This document shows positions 35,279-48,239 of a DNA stretch of 64,000 nt, one piece after another. A program made the translations under genes and the position numbers. The stretch is from the human T2T-CHM13v2.0 reference genome, Homo sapiens. The number at the start of each line of letters is the position of its first letter. The first letter of the stretch is position 1. The stretch lies in assembly GCF_009914755.1 (NCBI RefSeq), contig NC_060927.1; one strand, 5' to 3'. The notes under the pieces are model-generated. The model was not told the origin of the DNA, did not search any database, and saw nothing but the letters and a program-made list of their open reading frames with translations.

Positions 35279-36926
35279 CTGGGGTAGGAGAGCGGAGAGG
35301 CAGTCGGGGCTGGGACTCCAGGCCCGGTGTTCTGAGGCCCCGCGATGGGCCATCCTCCTCCCAAATGGATTTGTCTCTGCTCCACTCAGAAGCCTGTTGC
35401 CCACCCAGAGACTGTTCTCACCCCAGGCCCATCTACAGTGTCACCTCCTGCAGAAAGCCTTCCCTGATCGCCCCCTCCTGCCCCTTTCATGAAGGCAGAC
35501 TGATCCCTCTCTCTTCTTGCTTACGGTGAACCATCTCCTGTTCTGGGGATGGCGCTGCTTACCCCCAGGCAGGCACCAGAGAGGGGCCTGCCTGAGGCTT
35601 GTGGCTACGGTGTAGAATGCAGAAGCTCCAGGGTGGAAAGTAGACCCCACATGGCCTTAAGTACCCTGTGCAAGTGCAAGCACATATAAGAAAAAGCTGT
35701 CAAAAGCAACATATATTTTACACACACACATGAACTCTTTTGATTGTGAGCCATAGGAAGCAATTCCTATGGCTACCCAGATACATACACCCATACTCCA
35801 TGCAACAAGACAACCTTCCCACGTGGGTTCTAATACATCCATCCTCTTCTAACTCCTTTCATTTCACTTTCAAGTCAATACTGCTGCACCTCCTAAACTG
35901 ATTTCGCAGCCTGCTGGTTAGGTGGTAGCTGCAGCCTGACACCACTGTCCTCACTATTCTAAAGGCAGTGCCAGCCGCCGCCTCGGGGCTTGACGGGACA
36001 TTTTACTCACGTGCTAGACAAGGAGGACCTCTTTCATAATCAGTTGTGTCAAATGCATTAGAAACATTGTTCAGATAATTACATAGCTCAAAAAGTACAA
36101 CAAAGGTTCTGTGAAAATTAGTGAATTTAAAATCATGTCAGTTGATGGAAATGACTCGGCCATTCTTAAAGGTGAAATGTGTAAGAAGCTCAATCTGTTC
36201 TGAAATGAAGCACAAACTTGTGCCCTAAGCAAAGGAGATTCTGGCAATTTTTCCAAATCCGAAATACAGCCCCAAAGCTCTGTCTGCCACATTTTCCCCT
36301 TGTATAAAATTTCCATTTGCTAACCATTGAATTTTTCTTTATTGCTGAAATTCAGTAATTTAGCCTAGATATGTCTTCATGCTGATTATTCTATATCAAG
36401 GGTTTTTTTTCTTTCCAGGATAAACTGTCTGTTTATCTGCAATTTCATGTTTTTATTTAGTTCATGAAAGTTGTCTTCTATTTTTGTTTAATACTTCATC
36501 CTCTGTATCTAGAGTTACCTAACAGGTATGCAATAAATATTCTTTTAAGTGGGGAAGAAAGGCTCACTCTCACTGGCCTGGACTTAATCCTCCAAGCCTT
36601 GGACTGGAGGCAGCTCTCCACATTAAAACAAGACGATGGGGCTCACACAGGTCGTGTGACCTGCCAAGGCCCTGCAACAGGACTGTGGGTGGCCTGGAGG
36701 GAGGCCCAGTGCCTCCACCCACCCTGGCAACCTCAGCAGAGGAGGAGTTTCAGGCTGAGCAGTGCCCACTGTTCCCAGGAAGGGCTGTGTGGTGTGATGG
36801 GGCCCACAGCTTCCTGATGACCACGGAGCAATGGGCACTGCGGCACTGCGGCACTTCATCCAGCTCCCTCCAGAAGGAGCACGGCGCTCCCAGGATTTTT
36901 ATATGTTTATGCTACGAAAAATATAA

Positions 36927-37208
<282 letters not shown>

Positions 37209-37377
37209 TGTATACATATGTATATATATAATGAACTTTTCAAACATGTAAACATAAACCAGGATAGTCTTGTATGTAATAGTTGTGCCAAAAAATGAGG
37301 CTTACAAGACACACTAAGAAAGCAAAGAGCAAGCATGATTCAACATCACTACACTTGCACTATTTCTTGATCGCAGT

Positions 37378-37492
37378 CCAGTAAAACCCACTTCAGATTT
37401 CTGATCTCTGGAACTGCAGGAGAATAAATATGTGTTGTTTTAAGCCACTACACTTGTGGCAATTTATTACAGCAGACATGGGAAGCTAATAC
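37378..37492 (+). mobile_element. MLT1 LTR 3' fragment
   Basis: gaactgcaggagaataaatatgtgttgttttaagccactacacttgtggcaatttattacagcag...gaagctaataca. Confidence 0.75.
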
Positions 37493-37616
37493 AGGCAGTA
37501 ACAGAACTCTGCCTCGGGCATCAGGGCACCTGTGCCAGGCGCACGCCTGTCCTGCATGGTGGCTGAGCACCGAAATGAAGGGATGCCAGCCTGCAACGTT
37601 GTTCAGCCCACAGAGC

Positions 37617-37620
<4 letters not shown>

Positions 37621-37658
<38 letters not shown>
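37621..37658. repeat. (TG)19 microsatellite
   Basis: Perfect dinucleotide run. Confidence 0.97.
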
Positions 37659-37660
<2 letters not shown>

Positions 37661-39844
37661 CAGCCTAGGACTTACTTTCATTCTAACCTGGCAGTCAGCT
37701 TGTGGGGCAGTAGCTCACTTTTAAACCTCACCCATCTGAAAGTTTCTGACTGTCACTATTTCTGCCAGAAACCATGGCCACTATCCAAATGGCTTGGCTT
37801 CATTTGAGTCACTCCTGTTCCTGCACCCTGCTAGTGCAGCCTTCAGCAGGGTCCCCACCAGCTCTAGGCCGAGGATACGTTGACAGCCAGGAGCTGCAGC
37901 CAGGCTTCCTTCTCCACATCTGTGCACACTGCCTCCTGGGTGCGGACAGCGCTCTGGGTTGCATGGGCTGCAGTGGCTCTGCGAGGCTGCTGTGGCACAG
38001 GCCTGCCACATGGCACATGCACATTGCCGCTCTCTGACTGCCCTTTCCCCATCTGTAAAGTGGGCATAATAACAGTACCCACCTCGGAGGACTGCCTTGG
38101 AGACTGAATGAATTGAGGTACTTAGAACAGCCCCTGGCACACCTAAGTGTGTGTGAGTGCCCAGCTGTCAAAACTGTCATCTCCCACACTCGTGGGCCTC
38201 CATGCTGCCCATTCTTTCTTCCAGCTGGGCCTCTGCCCACCCCACCCCTCTGGGACCTCCATAGAAGCCTCTATACTCTGTGGGGGGCATAGTTAAGCAG
38301 TAGGTATGCCCCTATTCAGAAACTTCCATGGGCTCCCTATTACCCATTTCATAAGGCCATGCTGTTCCTGGCATTTAGAGTCCTCCATCAGCCGGCTGGG
38401 TCTGGCTCTCCAAGCTCAATACCAAGCCCCTGCCTGCACAGAGCCTCCTTCACCCTGACACACCTCAGACAGCTCCGTCTCCACATCTGTGCACACTGCC
38501 TCCCCTTGTCTCCAAATGGCCTTTCTTCTTTCCCAGGCTAGGAACTTTGCCTAAGCTGCTATAGCCACCTCTTCCAAGAAGTCCTGTCAAGTTTCTCCTG
38601 CTGGCTGAAATCTTATGGGATGTTAGTTAGGGCTCCTAGTACAACTCTTATTCATTCTGCAAACATCTGCTGCTGTCACTGGAGACCTGGAAATGAACCC
38701 TGTGGAGCTCTGCCCCTCAAGAAGTTCAGGAGGGGAGTACATTGGTAGTGATGGGGACACAGACGCTGGCCATCTTCGGATCTGCTGTTGGATGCCTGGC
38801 ACAGGCGCTGTGGGTGGGGTCGATTTGGGGAAAAGGTCACCAGGAGAAACTGCACCTGGGGGTAGGTACTGAGGACATTTTTAACAGGGGAACTGCTCCA
38901 GTCGTGTGACTGAAGTTTCCCTGTGCATGGTGAGAGCTGTGTCGGGCGCATGCTGAGAGTGTCCTGATTAACTTGGCAAAGAAAGGCCCCACTCCAGTCA
39001 CAGAGCTCCGTTAAAGACGAGCAAAGAATGACACGCACGTTAGTTCATCCAAATAATGAAACACTATGCAGCCATTCAAAGACAGGGCCCTCTAAATGCA
39101 CCACGAAGGAACAATCTGAAAAAACCTAACGTGTATAGATGCTTCTGCTTGTATTTTTAAGAGGGTTCACAGACGTCTTCTGCACTGCATAGATGCATAG
39201 AATGTGTTTCTGAAATTCCTGAGTAGTTTTCAGTAAAGAAAAAGTAGGAGGAAAGTCTATATTTCCTCCTACTTTATTTCATTTGGTCTTCTCCACAACC
39301 CCCTGGTGTCATTGTTTTCATCTTCAGCTTACAAATGCCAAAAAATAAGGCCCCGGTGACTTCAGAAGGTGAACTGGGGAATTTACACTTTTATACATTC
39401 GATTTCTTATCACATAAAATTGTCTTCAAATACATATGTTAAAGATCAACGAAACACATTTAATAGAAAATAGAAGTCAAGCAGCAGGACTCAGGGAGCC
39501 GCCCGTAGCCCTCAGAACTGCACCCGCTCCTACTCCAAGGGTGTCCTGACATTCAAACAAAGGACATAACCCAGCAAAGCCCAGGTGGCCACTCCTCCAC
39601 CTGGAGCCACCTTCTCCCAACACAAGACACCCCGGGAGCTGATCACAGCCACAGGGAGCTGATCACAGCCACAGGGCGCCGCAGGGGATGTGCAGGCCGC
39701 AGGGCCCTCCCTGAGCTCCGGGGTGAAGTTTGAGGCATTGGCGCCCAGCAGGGAGGTGATCAAAGGGAGGAAACATTAACAACACCTGGACAACTGGGAG
39801 ATGGGCCAAGGGGAGCAAAGGGGCAGGACCACCTGCTTGCAATC

Positions 39845-40880
39845 TGCCCCTGAGTACCCACCACCTACCCGCCCCCGTCCAGGACCCACCACTTACCAGC
39901 CTCCCCAGCACCCAACACCTACCCTCCCCTGCCCCCAGTGCCCACCACCTACCCTCTCCCTGTCTCCCAGCACCTACCACCTACCCCTTCCACTCCCCAG
40001 TACCCACCACCTACCCTCCTCCCATCTGCCCAGCACCCACCACCTACCCCTTCCACTCCCCAGCACCCACCACCTACCCTCCTCCCATCTGCCCAGCACC
40101 CACCACCTACCATCCCCCAACCCCCAGCACCCACCACCTACCCTCCCCCTAACCCCCAGCACCCACCACTTACCCTCCCCCAACCCCCAGCACCCACCAC
40201 CTACCCTCCCCCTCATCTGCCCAGCACCCACCACCTACCCTCTCCCCAACCCCCAGTGCCCACCACCTACCCTCCCCCCACCCCCAGCACCCAACACTTA
40301 CCCTCCCCCACCCCCAACACCCACCACCTACCCTCCCTTGTCCCCCAGCACCTGACACCTACCCTCTCCGCCCCCCAATGTCCACCACCTACCCTCACTG
40401 TCTCCAAGTGCCTGTCATCTACCCTCCTCCTGTCCCCCAGCGCCTACCACCTACCCACCCCCTCCTCACCCCAGCACCCACCACCTATCCTCCCAACTCC
40501 CAGCACCCACCACCTACTGTCCCCTGCCCCCCAGCGCCCACCACCTACCCACCCCCTCATCACCCCAGCACCCACCACCTACCCTCCCCCCTCCCCCCAG
40601 TGCCCACCACCTACCCATCCCCTTGTCACCCCAGCACCCACCACCTACCTTCCCCCTCGTCCCCCAGCACCCACCAACTAGCCTCCTCCCACCCCCAGCG
40701 CCCACCACCTACCCTCACCCTCATCACCCCAGCACCCACCACCTACCCTCCCCCTCATCACCCAGCACCCACCACCTACCATCCCCCCACCCCAGAACTC
40801 ACCACCTACCCTCCCACCCCCCAGTGCCCACCACCTACCCTCCCCCCTCCCCCCAGTGCCCACTACCTACTCTACCTTGC
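39845..40880. repeat. C-rich VNTR, ~26-33-bp variable unit (core ccccagcacccaccacctaccctcc)
   Basis: Dozens of diverged copies in UROC1 intron 1; G-rich on the UROC1 sense strand. Confidence 0.97.
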
Positions 40881-41892
40881 TGGCCCCTCCCCCATTTCCC
40901 TTTCCCTCCAGCACCCGCTCCACCTGCCCCCAGTGCCCCACTCCCACAAGGACCCCCAGCATCCTCCTAGCCCCCCAACTCCCCTCCACCCCCACACCCA
41001 CCAACCTGCTTCCCCTTTCTCCCTTCCCCAGCGCCAGCTCTGCCCTGAGTGACCCCTACTGTCCCCACTGTGTCCTGTTAGGCCTCTGTGGGTGGCTCCA
41101 GAAAAGTCCAGTGGGCTCCGGTGCAAAGGGCAGCCATCTTTACCTGGGGAGGTAGGATTCCTCTTTTAATCTTTATGCTTGTTTGCAGTTTCCACTTCTC
41201 TACTGTTTCTGAAAATCTTGAGTAGTTTCCAGTAAAAAGTAGGAGGAAAGTCTATATAACCGTGTCACCTACTTTATTTCATTACTCTTCTCCACAACCC
41301 CCTGGTGTCACCATTTTCATCTCAAGCTGACAAATGACAAAAGGGAGGTTCCCAGACAGGGCACCACTGGCAAGCGTGCACCATCCCTGGACTGCTTTGC
41401 TGTTAGATGAGGGGATACTGGCCTCAGCCCATCTTTCCCTGGCAACTGCCTGCCAGCTACAGGGTTCAGCCATGCAGCCGCACGTTCTCCAGAGATTTGC
41501 GGGAGGGACATTTGCAAATGAAAATAAGAGCTGACTTGTGTGCAAACGTTCTGAGTGTTGGGGTGGACGCGGCGCTTGGTGTGGGACACTTCACACCCAC
41601 CCAAGGCCTCCTCCCACTGGAGGTGGCCAAAGTGCCACCAGTGACCGGCTGCTGACCTTGAGCCTCAGGGTCCTCATCTGTAAACAGGCACGGCGATCCT
41701 GCACCCAAGGGCGGCTGCATCCAAGAGACAGAGTCCACTGTGCATTGCACCCGCACAGGCTGGAGCCCCTGGAGTCCAGGGTGGGCGGCTGAGCAGCTCC
41801 CACCAAGAGGGCAGGAAGCCTGGGTGCTCACTATGGACCACCTGGAGGATGCCTAGAGGCCAAGGCCTCGGGAGCACGGGCCCACTGCTTAC

Positions 41893-42018
41893 CTGTTTCT
41901 CCACAGGGCTGAGGCTGGGGGTCCTGACAGGGGCATGGGGCACCCCAGCCTGGCGTCCCCGGTTCTCTGGGAGGGGCCGCAGGGGCAGGCCAGAGCACAG
42001 CGCCTGGAGGCTAGACAT
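41893..42018 (-). CDS. UROC1: UROC1 exon 1 (urocanate hydratase, start codon)
   Basis: MSSLQALCSGLPLRPLPENRGRQAGVPHAPVRTPSLSPVEKQ|gtaagc; 126 nt. Confidence 0.97.
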
Positions 42019-42220
42019 GTGTGACTGAGATGGAGGCAGAGGCCAGCACTGTGGGGAGGCCAGGAAGAGACTGGGCAGATAGGGCAGGGACCTCTAGCCC
42101 CAGGGCCACCTCCTCCAGCCTCTCATTGGGCGCCTGGCCTGTGCAGGGAGCCATGTGCAGGTCGGAGGGTCACTGGCCTCAGGTAGGGCACTTGCAGCGC
42201 TGACCTGGGGAGGACAGTGC
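42019..42220 (-). promoter_or_regulatory. UROC1 5'UTR and proximal promoter (non-CpG-island)
   Basis: Immediately upstream of the ATG; CCAAT on minus strand at 42129-42125; no TATA box or CpG island seen. TSS cannot be fixed from sequence. Confidence 0.55.
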
Positions 42221-43209
42221 TCTGCGGGAGGGCAGGCTTCACAGTGGGGAGGGGGGCTGGGCTCACTTCCCCTTCCAGGAGGGCTGTGCTGTCCGGGACA
42301 GCTTTGGGGGTGGGTGGGGCTCTAATGCTGGGGTGTGCTGTGGCAGCCCTCTGGCGCACCACACCAAACATTCGATGTGGGGATCTGCATCTTGATGATG
42401 AGGAGATGGGAAGCCATGTGACACTGAACCGGACACAGAGTGTAGAGCCCCTCCTCCTGCTACCTCCTGCTGGGGGGTGGGGTGACAGGTGGAGCGGGAG
42501 CACCCAGCAGCAGGTGTGCCCTCCTTGGCTCCCCACTGGAGGGCTGGGTGACAGGTGCAGTGGGGGCCCTCAGTGGCAAGTGTGCTCTCTTCAGCTCCCG
42601 CTGGGGGGCACACCACTCTACCCCCTCCCAAAGCTCTTTTTGAAGGACCTGCCTGAGGGATGACCCTCATTCCCAAATCTGTTAACAACTCTGCCAGAAA
42701 GCACTCTTCATGAGCCCTATGCTATGGATGGAGAAACCAAGGCCCGGGTCTCCCTCACACAGCCAAGAAGTGGCCGAAGCTGAATTCCAGCAGTCCGGGG
42801 GAAGCAACACACCTGGGTGTACCCAGTGCGAGCCTGACCAGCCCTGTGGCCTTTGGCCATGTCCTGTCCACACAAGTGGGTGGCGATGGACAGCTCGGCT
42901 GCAAGGCGGTGGAGTGCCGTTAGGCAAGCCCCAGTGCAGGGCCCGCACGTGGAAGCCCAGCTGCCTTCTGAGTGCTTGCTCCTCTGAGAGCATCCTGTGG
43001 GTCAGCCCTGAGGGGTTCGTTGCCCCCATTTTAAGGATGAAGAAACAGGTGGAGAGAGGGATGGGACTTGCCCAGGGTTACACAGCCAGTCATGGGGGGA
43101 GCTGAGATTGGAGCCCTGAGGACCCAGAGGTCTGGCTCTAGCACCCTCCCATCCACGCTGGCCCTTTTGCAGCACAGGGAGGGCGCCCTTAATGGGGGTG
43201 ATGTGAGAC

Positions 43210-44095
43210 TGTGATAGAATAAGAAACAGGCTTTGATCTCTTCCCTGTTCCTGCCACAAAGCTCCTGAGGCCCTGGTAGATGGAAACTCTAGGAGAATCT
43301 TTTGTTCTAACGTTTGATCTTTGACCCTGGTTCCTGACACAGAGCTCCTAAAGCTGTTGGAATTTCCTGGGTGACAGGAGCAGAGCTCTTTTGTTCTACC
43401 GAGGGGACTCTTGGCAGATCCCTGATATCCTCAGGATTGGGGCTGGTTGACAAGGGAACCAACCTGTGATTAGAGGGTTGGAACCTTCAGCAGCCTCCTG
43501 ACTTTGGGGAGGAGAGAGAAGCTGAAGGCTGAGTTGATCACCAAAGGCCAATGATTTAGTCAGTTGTGTAGGTCATGAAGCCTCCCTAAAAACCCAAAAG
43601 GACAGGGTTCAGAAGAGCTTCCCAGCAGCTGAGCACAGGCAGATTCCTGGAGAGGGTCATGCCCAGAGAAGGCACAGAAGCTCTGTGCATCTTCCCCACA
43701 CCTCATCCTGGGCATCTTGTCCATCTGGCTGTTCATCTATATTCTTCGTAATGTCCTTTATAAGAAACCAGTACACATCAATAATAAAGGGTTTCTCTGA
43801 GTTTTGTGAGCCACAGTAGCAAATTAAATGAACCCTGGAAACCCCAGTTTATAGCCAGACTGTGGTCAGAACCACAGTCCACAGACCACAACCTGTGCTT
43901 GCAGCATCTGAAGTTGGGGGCGATCTTGTGGGACTGAGCCCTCAACCTGTGGGATCTCATGCCATCCCCAGCAGGTGGTGTCAGAGTTGAGCTGACTGGG
44001 ACACCTAGCTGGAGGAGACACCCAGCTGAAAAGCTGGCTGCTGGAAAAAGCCCACATGTACTTTGGTGACTGGGGCGTGTTGTGTTGTGTTGTGT
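43210..44095 (+). mobile_element. MER21-type solo LTR
   Basis: Starts tgtgatagaataagaaa; cctggttcctgacacagagctcctaaa, gtgattagagggttggaac, ctgagttttgtgagccacagtagcaaatta match recalled MER21B/C. Confidence 0.8.
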
Positions 44096-44879
44096 GAATG
44101 AAGAAGGACAAGGTTTGTTCTCATACTGGGCCTGTGGCATCTCTGCTCCTCACCAGCCAGGGCCACCTGGGACAGAGCATGCAGAAAGGTGCTCAGGCTT
44201 AAGCATCCCACACTCAATCCTTCTTATGACAGGTGCTGTTGCAGGCCCTGGGAACAGAGTGCACAAGACAGAAGTTGTGCAGCCTGGACGCCAGCGGCCA
44301 GCACCTTCGGCTGTCTTCTCAAGGGTGTCTTCTGGTGACCCTGAGTGTCTTCTTCCCACTCAGAGGGCAGCTGGAAGGGATGGAGAATTAGCAGCCCCTC
44401 CCCACCTGCCCAGGGAACAGCCCCTAAGCACCCAGGTCCCTTGCCCCTCAGGGTGGGGAGATTGTACCTCGGTCAGTTGCTTCCCCTGCCCAGCTCACTA
44501 TGCACTCCCCAACAGACAGACCCTTAACAAACTGCACCGAGACCTGGTCTCAGGGCCCACTGCACAGGACGCCCCACGTCTCATGGCTCAAGAGCAGCCA
44601 GAAATCCAGCAGGTTTTCTGAAATCTCCTGAGTTTTAAACATCAGCAACCAATTTGTGAAAAGGTGAACATTGTGCAGAAGTCGTGTGGATGGCGTCCAT
44701 GTCACATCCCCACTGGGCTACTGCAGTGTGGTTCTGCAAGATCTTAGCACTGGGGGAAAGTGGGTAAAGGGGACATGGGATCTTTCTTCCTTACAACTGC
44801 ACACAAATCTAGTGACCCCAGAATAGTTTAATTAAAAGCAAACAAACATTGCCTAACTATTTAAAAGCACAAAGATCTT

Positions 44880-45173
44880 GGCTGGACGCGGTGGCTCATG
44901 CCTGTAATCCCAGCATTTTGGGAGGCTGAGGCGGGAGGATAACCTGAGGTCAGGAGTGCAAGACCAGCTTGGGCAATATGGCAAAACCCCGTCTCTACTA
45001 AAAAGACAAAATTAGCCGGGCATGGTGGTGGGCACCTGTAATCTGGCTACTCGAGAGGCTGAGGCAGGAGAATTCCTTGTACCCAGGAGGCGGAGGTTGC
45101 AGTGAGCCGAGACTGTGCCACTTCACTCCAGTCTAGGCAAAAGATCAAAAAAAAAAAAAAAAAAAAAAAAAAA
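44880..45173 (+). mobile_element. AluS-type element, 3' end shortened
   Basis: Dimeric Alu ending in a long poly-A. Confidence 0.92.
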
Positions 45174-45689
45174 GAGAGAGAGAATGAAGATCTCACAGAA
45201 GTTAAATATGGCAGACTGCTAGTTTCAAACAACCCTGGCTACATCACTCTCTAGCTGTGTCCTTGGGTAAGTTACTGAGCCTCTCATTGCCTCAGTTTCC
45301 TCATCTGTAAAATGAAAGTCTATTATATACCTCATAGGATGCATCTGAGGATCACATGAGATAACACACATGAAGGGCTTAGAATAGTGCCTTGCACAGA
45401 ATACGTGCCAGACAAGATGAAGTATTATTTTTCTAACGGTTTCCTCCATGAAAAAAAAAAAGCATCATCTCTCACAGAGACAGCTCTGGCTCCTCTCCTG
45501 GCCTCCACCTCCTCCCTGCCTCCCACAGAGCAGCAGAGGTGCCATCTGTGATTCAACTGTTCTTCAGGGACGGCTTCCCTCTGTGCTTAGAAAAACCCAC
45601 CCATGGGATCTGGACTCCCTGTCTGCCTCTCTGACTTCACCCATTCACTCTCGCCCACTCCAGAACCTCCCTGCTATTCCTGGGACAGG

Positions 45690-46281
45690 CGGTGGTGGTT
45701 CTAAAACATGCCCGCAAATTCCTGGGCACTGCTGGTGGGTGTGGCCCCACTCCTGAGTCTGGTCCAGCCTCAGCGATCTTTGGGTAACCAACAAAAGGCA
45801 GCCCCAGGCCAGGTCAGAAAATGGCCACACAGCCAGGCTCTGTGGGAGCAGCACACCGGGCCCCAGGCTGGAGGGTGCCCCGAGGATGTCTGGAGGCCAG
45901 AGGGTGGCCCAAGGAGACCCCCAGAATGGAGGCTGCCCCCAGGAGGACCCCAGGCCAGAGGGTGCCCCGAGGGCTGGAGGGTGCCCCAGGAGGCCCCCAG
46001 AATGAAGGGTGCCCTGAGGGGATCCTTGGATCGCTGCCCAGCAGAGCTTCCAGACGGACACCACCTGCCAGTGTGAGCCAGTGGGACACTGGGCCTGGGT
46101 GAGCCTCCCAGTGATGCAGTGCCAGCTGCCTTCTGACTGTGGCAGCCTGAGACTCCCATGAGCACTCAGCCAAGCCCATGCCCCAATTCCCAATACACAA
46201 AATTGTGAGCAAAATTTAAATGGTTGTCTTAAGCGGCCAAATTTTAGGGCAGTTTGTTACCTAGCAACAGCAACTGGAACA
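45690..46281 (+). mobile_element. MLT1-type LTR with internal GC-rich tandem expansion (45866-46021)
   Basis: 5' ggtggttctaaaacatgcccgcaaattc and 3' aaatggttgtcttaagc...gtttgttacctagcaacagcaactggaaca; repeated gagggtgcccc motif inside. Confidence 0.7.
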
Positions 46282-46755
46282 TCACCTCAGGGCCTTTGCA
46301 ATGGTACCTGCTGGCTTCTGCTCCCTGGAGTCACATCTCTGCTCCAATGCCACCTCCCCCAGGCCTGCCCCGGCACCCTCCTTGCACCGGACACACTTTC
46401 CATCCTGGTACCCGCTGTGTTTTCTTCACAGCAGCATTCACCGCTCTATCTCTCTATCCTGATTTTCCGTGCTTCCAATCTGTAATGGAAATGCTGTGAG
46501 GGCAGACACTGCATGGGTCTCACCCTCTCCACCCAGGCCTCAGCACGGAGTGGGTGTTCTGTATCTGTCGAATGAATGAATGAATGCGAGTCCCTGGGAG
46601 AGGGCGTCTTCGCAGGGAAGCTCCCTAGGCCCCGGGCGTCTAGCCAGGCATCTGCACCCTCCCACCCCAAGACCCAAGACCATCTCTTCCTTTCTCCAGG
46701 GACCCCATTTCCAGGGACATCTCCGGATGAAGGGCTGAGATGTTATTCCCAACTT

Positions 46756-46774
46756 TGGCCACCAGGTGGCAGCA
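46756..46774 (+). promoter_or_regulatory. Candidate CTCF binding site
   Basis: tggccaccaggtggcagca closely matches the CTCF core consensus (CCACCAGGKGGC). Confidence 0.7.
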
Positions 46775-47426
46775 TATAAGGGCAAAGCGCGCTGAGGATT
46801 CCAGGCTGGCAGTGAGGCCAGGGAATGCCGGTCTGGGGAAATTTGGAAGGCACCTTTGGATGCGAGTTAGGTCCGGCAGGGAATGCAGATGACCTGGAAT
46901 CCCTGGGTCCTGGGCCAGTCTGGGGGTGGGCTAGAGGTTCCCCAAGGCCAGAAAAGTCATGATAAGAAGCTTCTAGCTTACTGTGAGTCTGGACTCCCAC
47001 CCCTGTCCTTTGAGAACATCATCACCATTTAAAGCTGTATCTCAAAACCAGCAGAACTATTATTTGCTTAATATTCTTCCTTAAATAGATCTTCCACAAC
47101 TTAAATAAATATAGTAGGGAGAAATTTTTATTTCACCACTTTAACAGAAACCAGCCACTTGCCAGAAACAGGCAGTAACCATAAACAAATTAATTACTAA
47201 TATCAAATACTTACCTGGCACTCACTGAGTGCCAGACACTGTTGCAAACATTTTCTGTATCTCATTTAATCTTCACAGCACTGAGGTTTAGGATTATCCC
47301 CCCGTACAGGAAAATGGGAAACAGAGAGGTGCAGTTAATTTCCTAATCTCCCACAGCAGTAAGCGGCACCAGGTGGGTTTGGAGTCACCACATTTTTCAA
47401 GAACAGTTTAACAACTGGAGCTTCGA

Positions 47427-47626
47427 GTGTGGAATAATAGACACTGGAGACTTGGAAGGGTAGGAGAGTGAGCGAGGTGGGAGGGATGAGGAATTACTTA
47501 ATGGGTACAATGGACATTATTTAGGTGATGGTTACACGGAAAGCCCAGACCTCACCACTGCATATCTCCATGTAACAAACCTGCACTTGTGTCCCTTACA
47601 TTTATACAAAAAACTCCAAAAAAAAC
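47427..47626 (+). mobile_element. L1PB-type 3'-end fragment
   Basis: tggaataatagacactggagac...aatgggtacaatg...gtgatggttacac...aagcccagacctcaccac...catgtaacaaacctgcacttgt plus A-rich end. Confidence 0.85.
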
Positions 47627-47854
47627 CTACAGTGTAATGTAGTACCCTATCCCATGCACTCACACTGCTAAATGTTGTTTCCAACGCACTCATCCGCGCA
47701 CCCAGTGCCAGCTGCACCCTCCCGTTCCCTGCTAGCCTGACTTCTGGGCAGCAAGACCCTGCGGTTAGACGTGGGCTCCTGCCCACAGGGCTAGCTGGAT
47801 GTGTGTGTCTTTCAAAGGCTGGACTTTACTCTCACCTCGCCCCCTCCACCCCCC

Positions 47855-47856
<2 letters not shown>

Positions 47857-47900
<44 letters not shown>
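47857..47900. repeat. (CA)22 microsatellite
   Basis: Perfect run ~740 bp upstream of the CHST13 ATG. Confidence 0.97.
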
Positions 47901-47902
<2 letters not shown>

Positions 47903-48239
47903 CCCTGGCAAGTCCTCAGAGCTCACGTGGTGCCCAGAGAAGTTGTGGGTGACACGATGAGGCACAAGCTCCATTCCCCGGGGGATGTAAGCTGAGACCC
48001 TACCTCTCTGTGCAAAGGCTAGTGCCACCTGCATGAGCTAGATTCAGGCAGGACCTGGAGACCCTGGAGGAAAGCAAGGCTGCAGGGTAGCCTTGGGTCG
48101 GGGAGGGAGGGACACTCTTAGGCCTCTTACTGACGGCGGGGGTCCCGGAGAGCCATGGACAGGGCAACGCTCTACTAGGCTCCTTGGTTCATCCCAGATC
48201 AGCCCTTGGGCCCCTGGCATCTAAGGCAGCAAAAAGGCA

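Noticed and set aside
39801-41052. Pro/His/Thr-rich mucin- or extensin-like ORFs
   Set aside because: Products of the C-rich VNTR, open in all three frames through lack of stop-forming bases.
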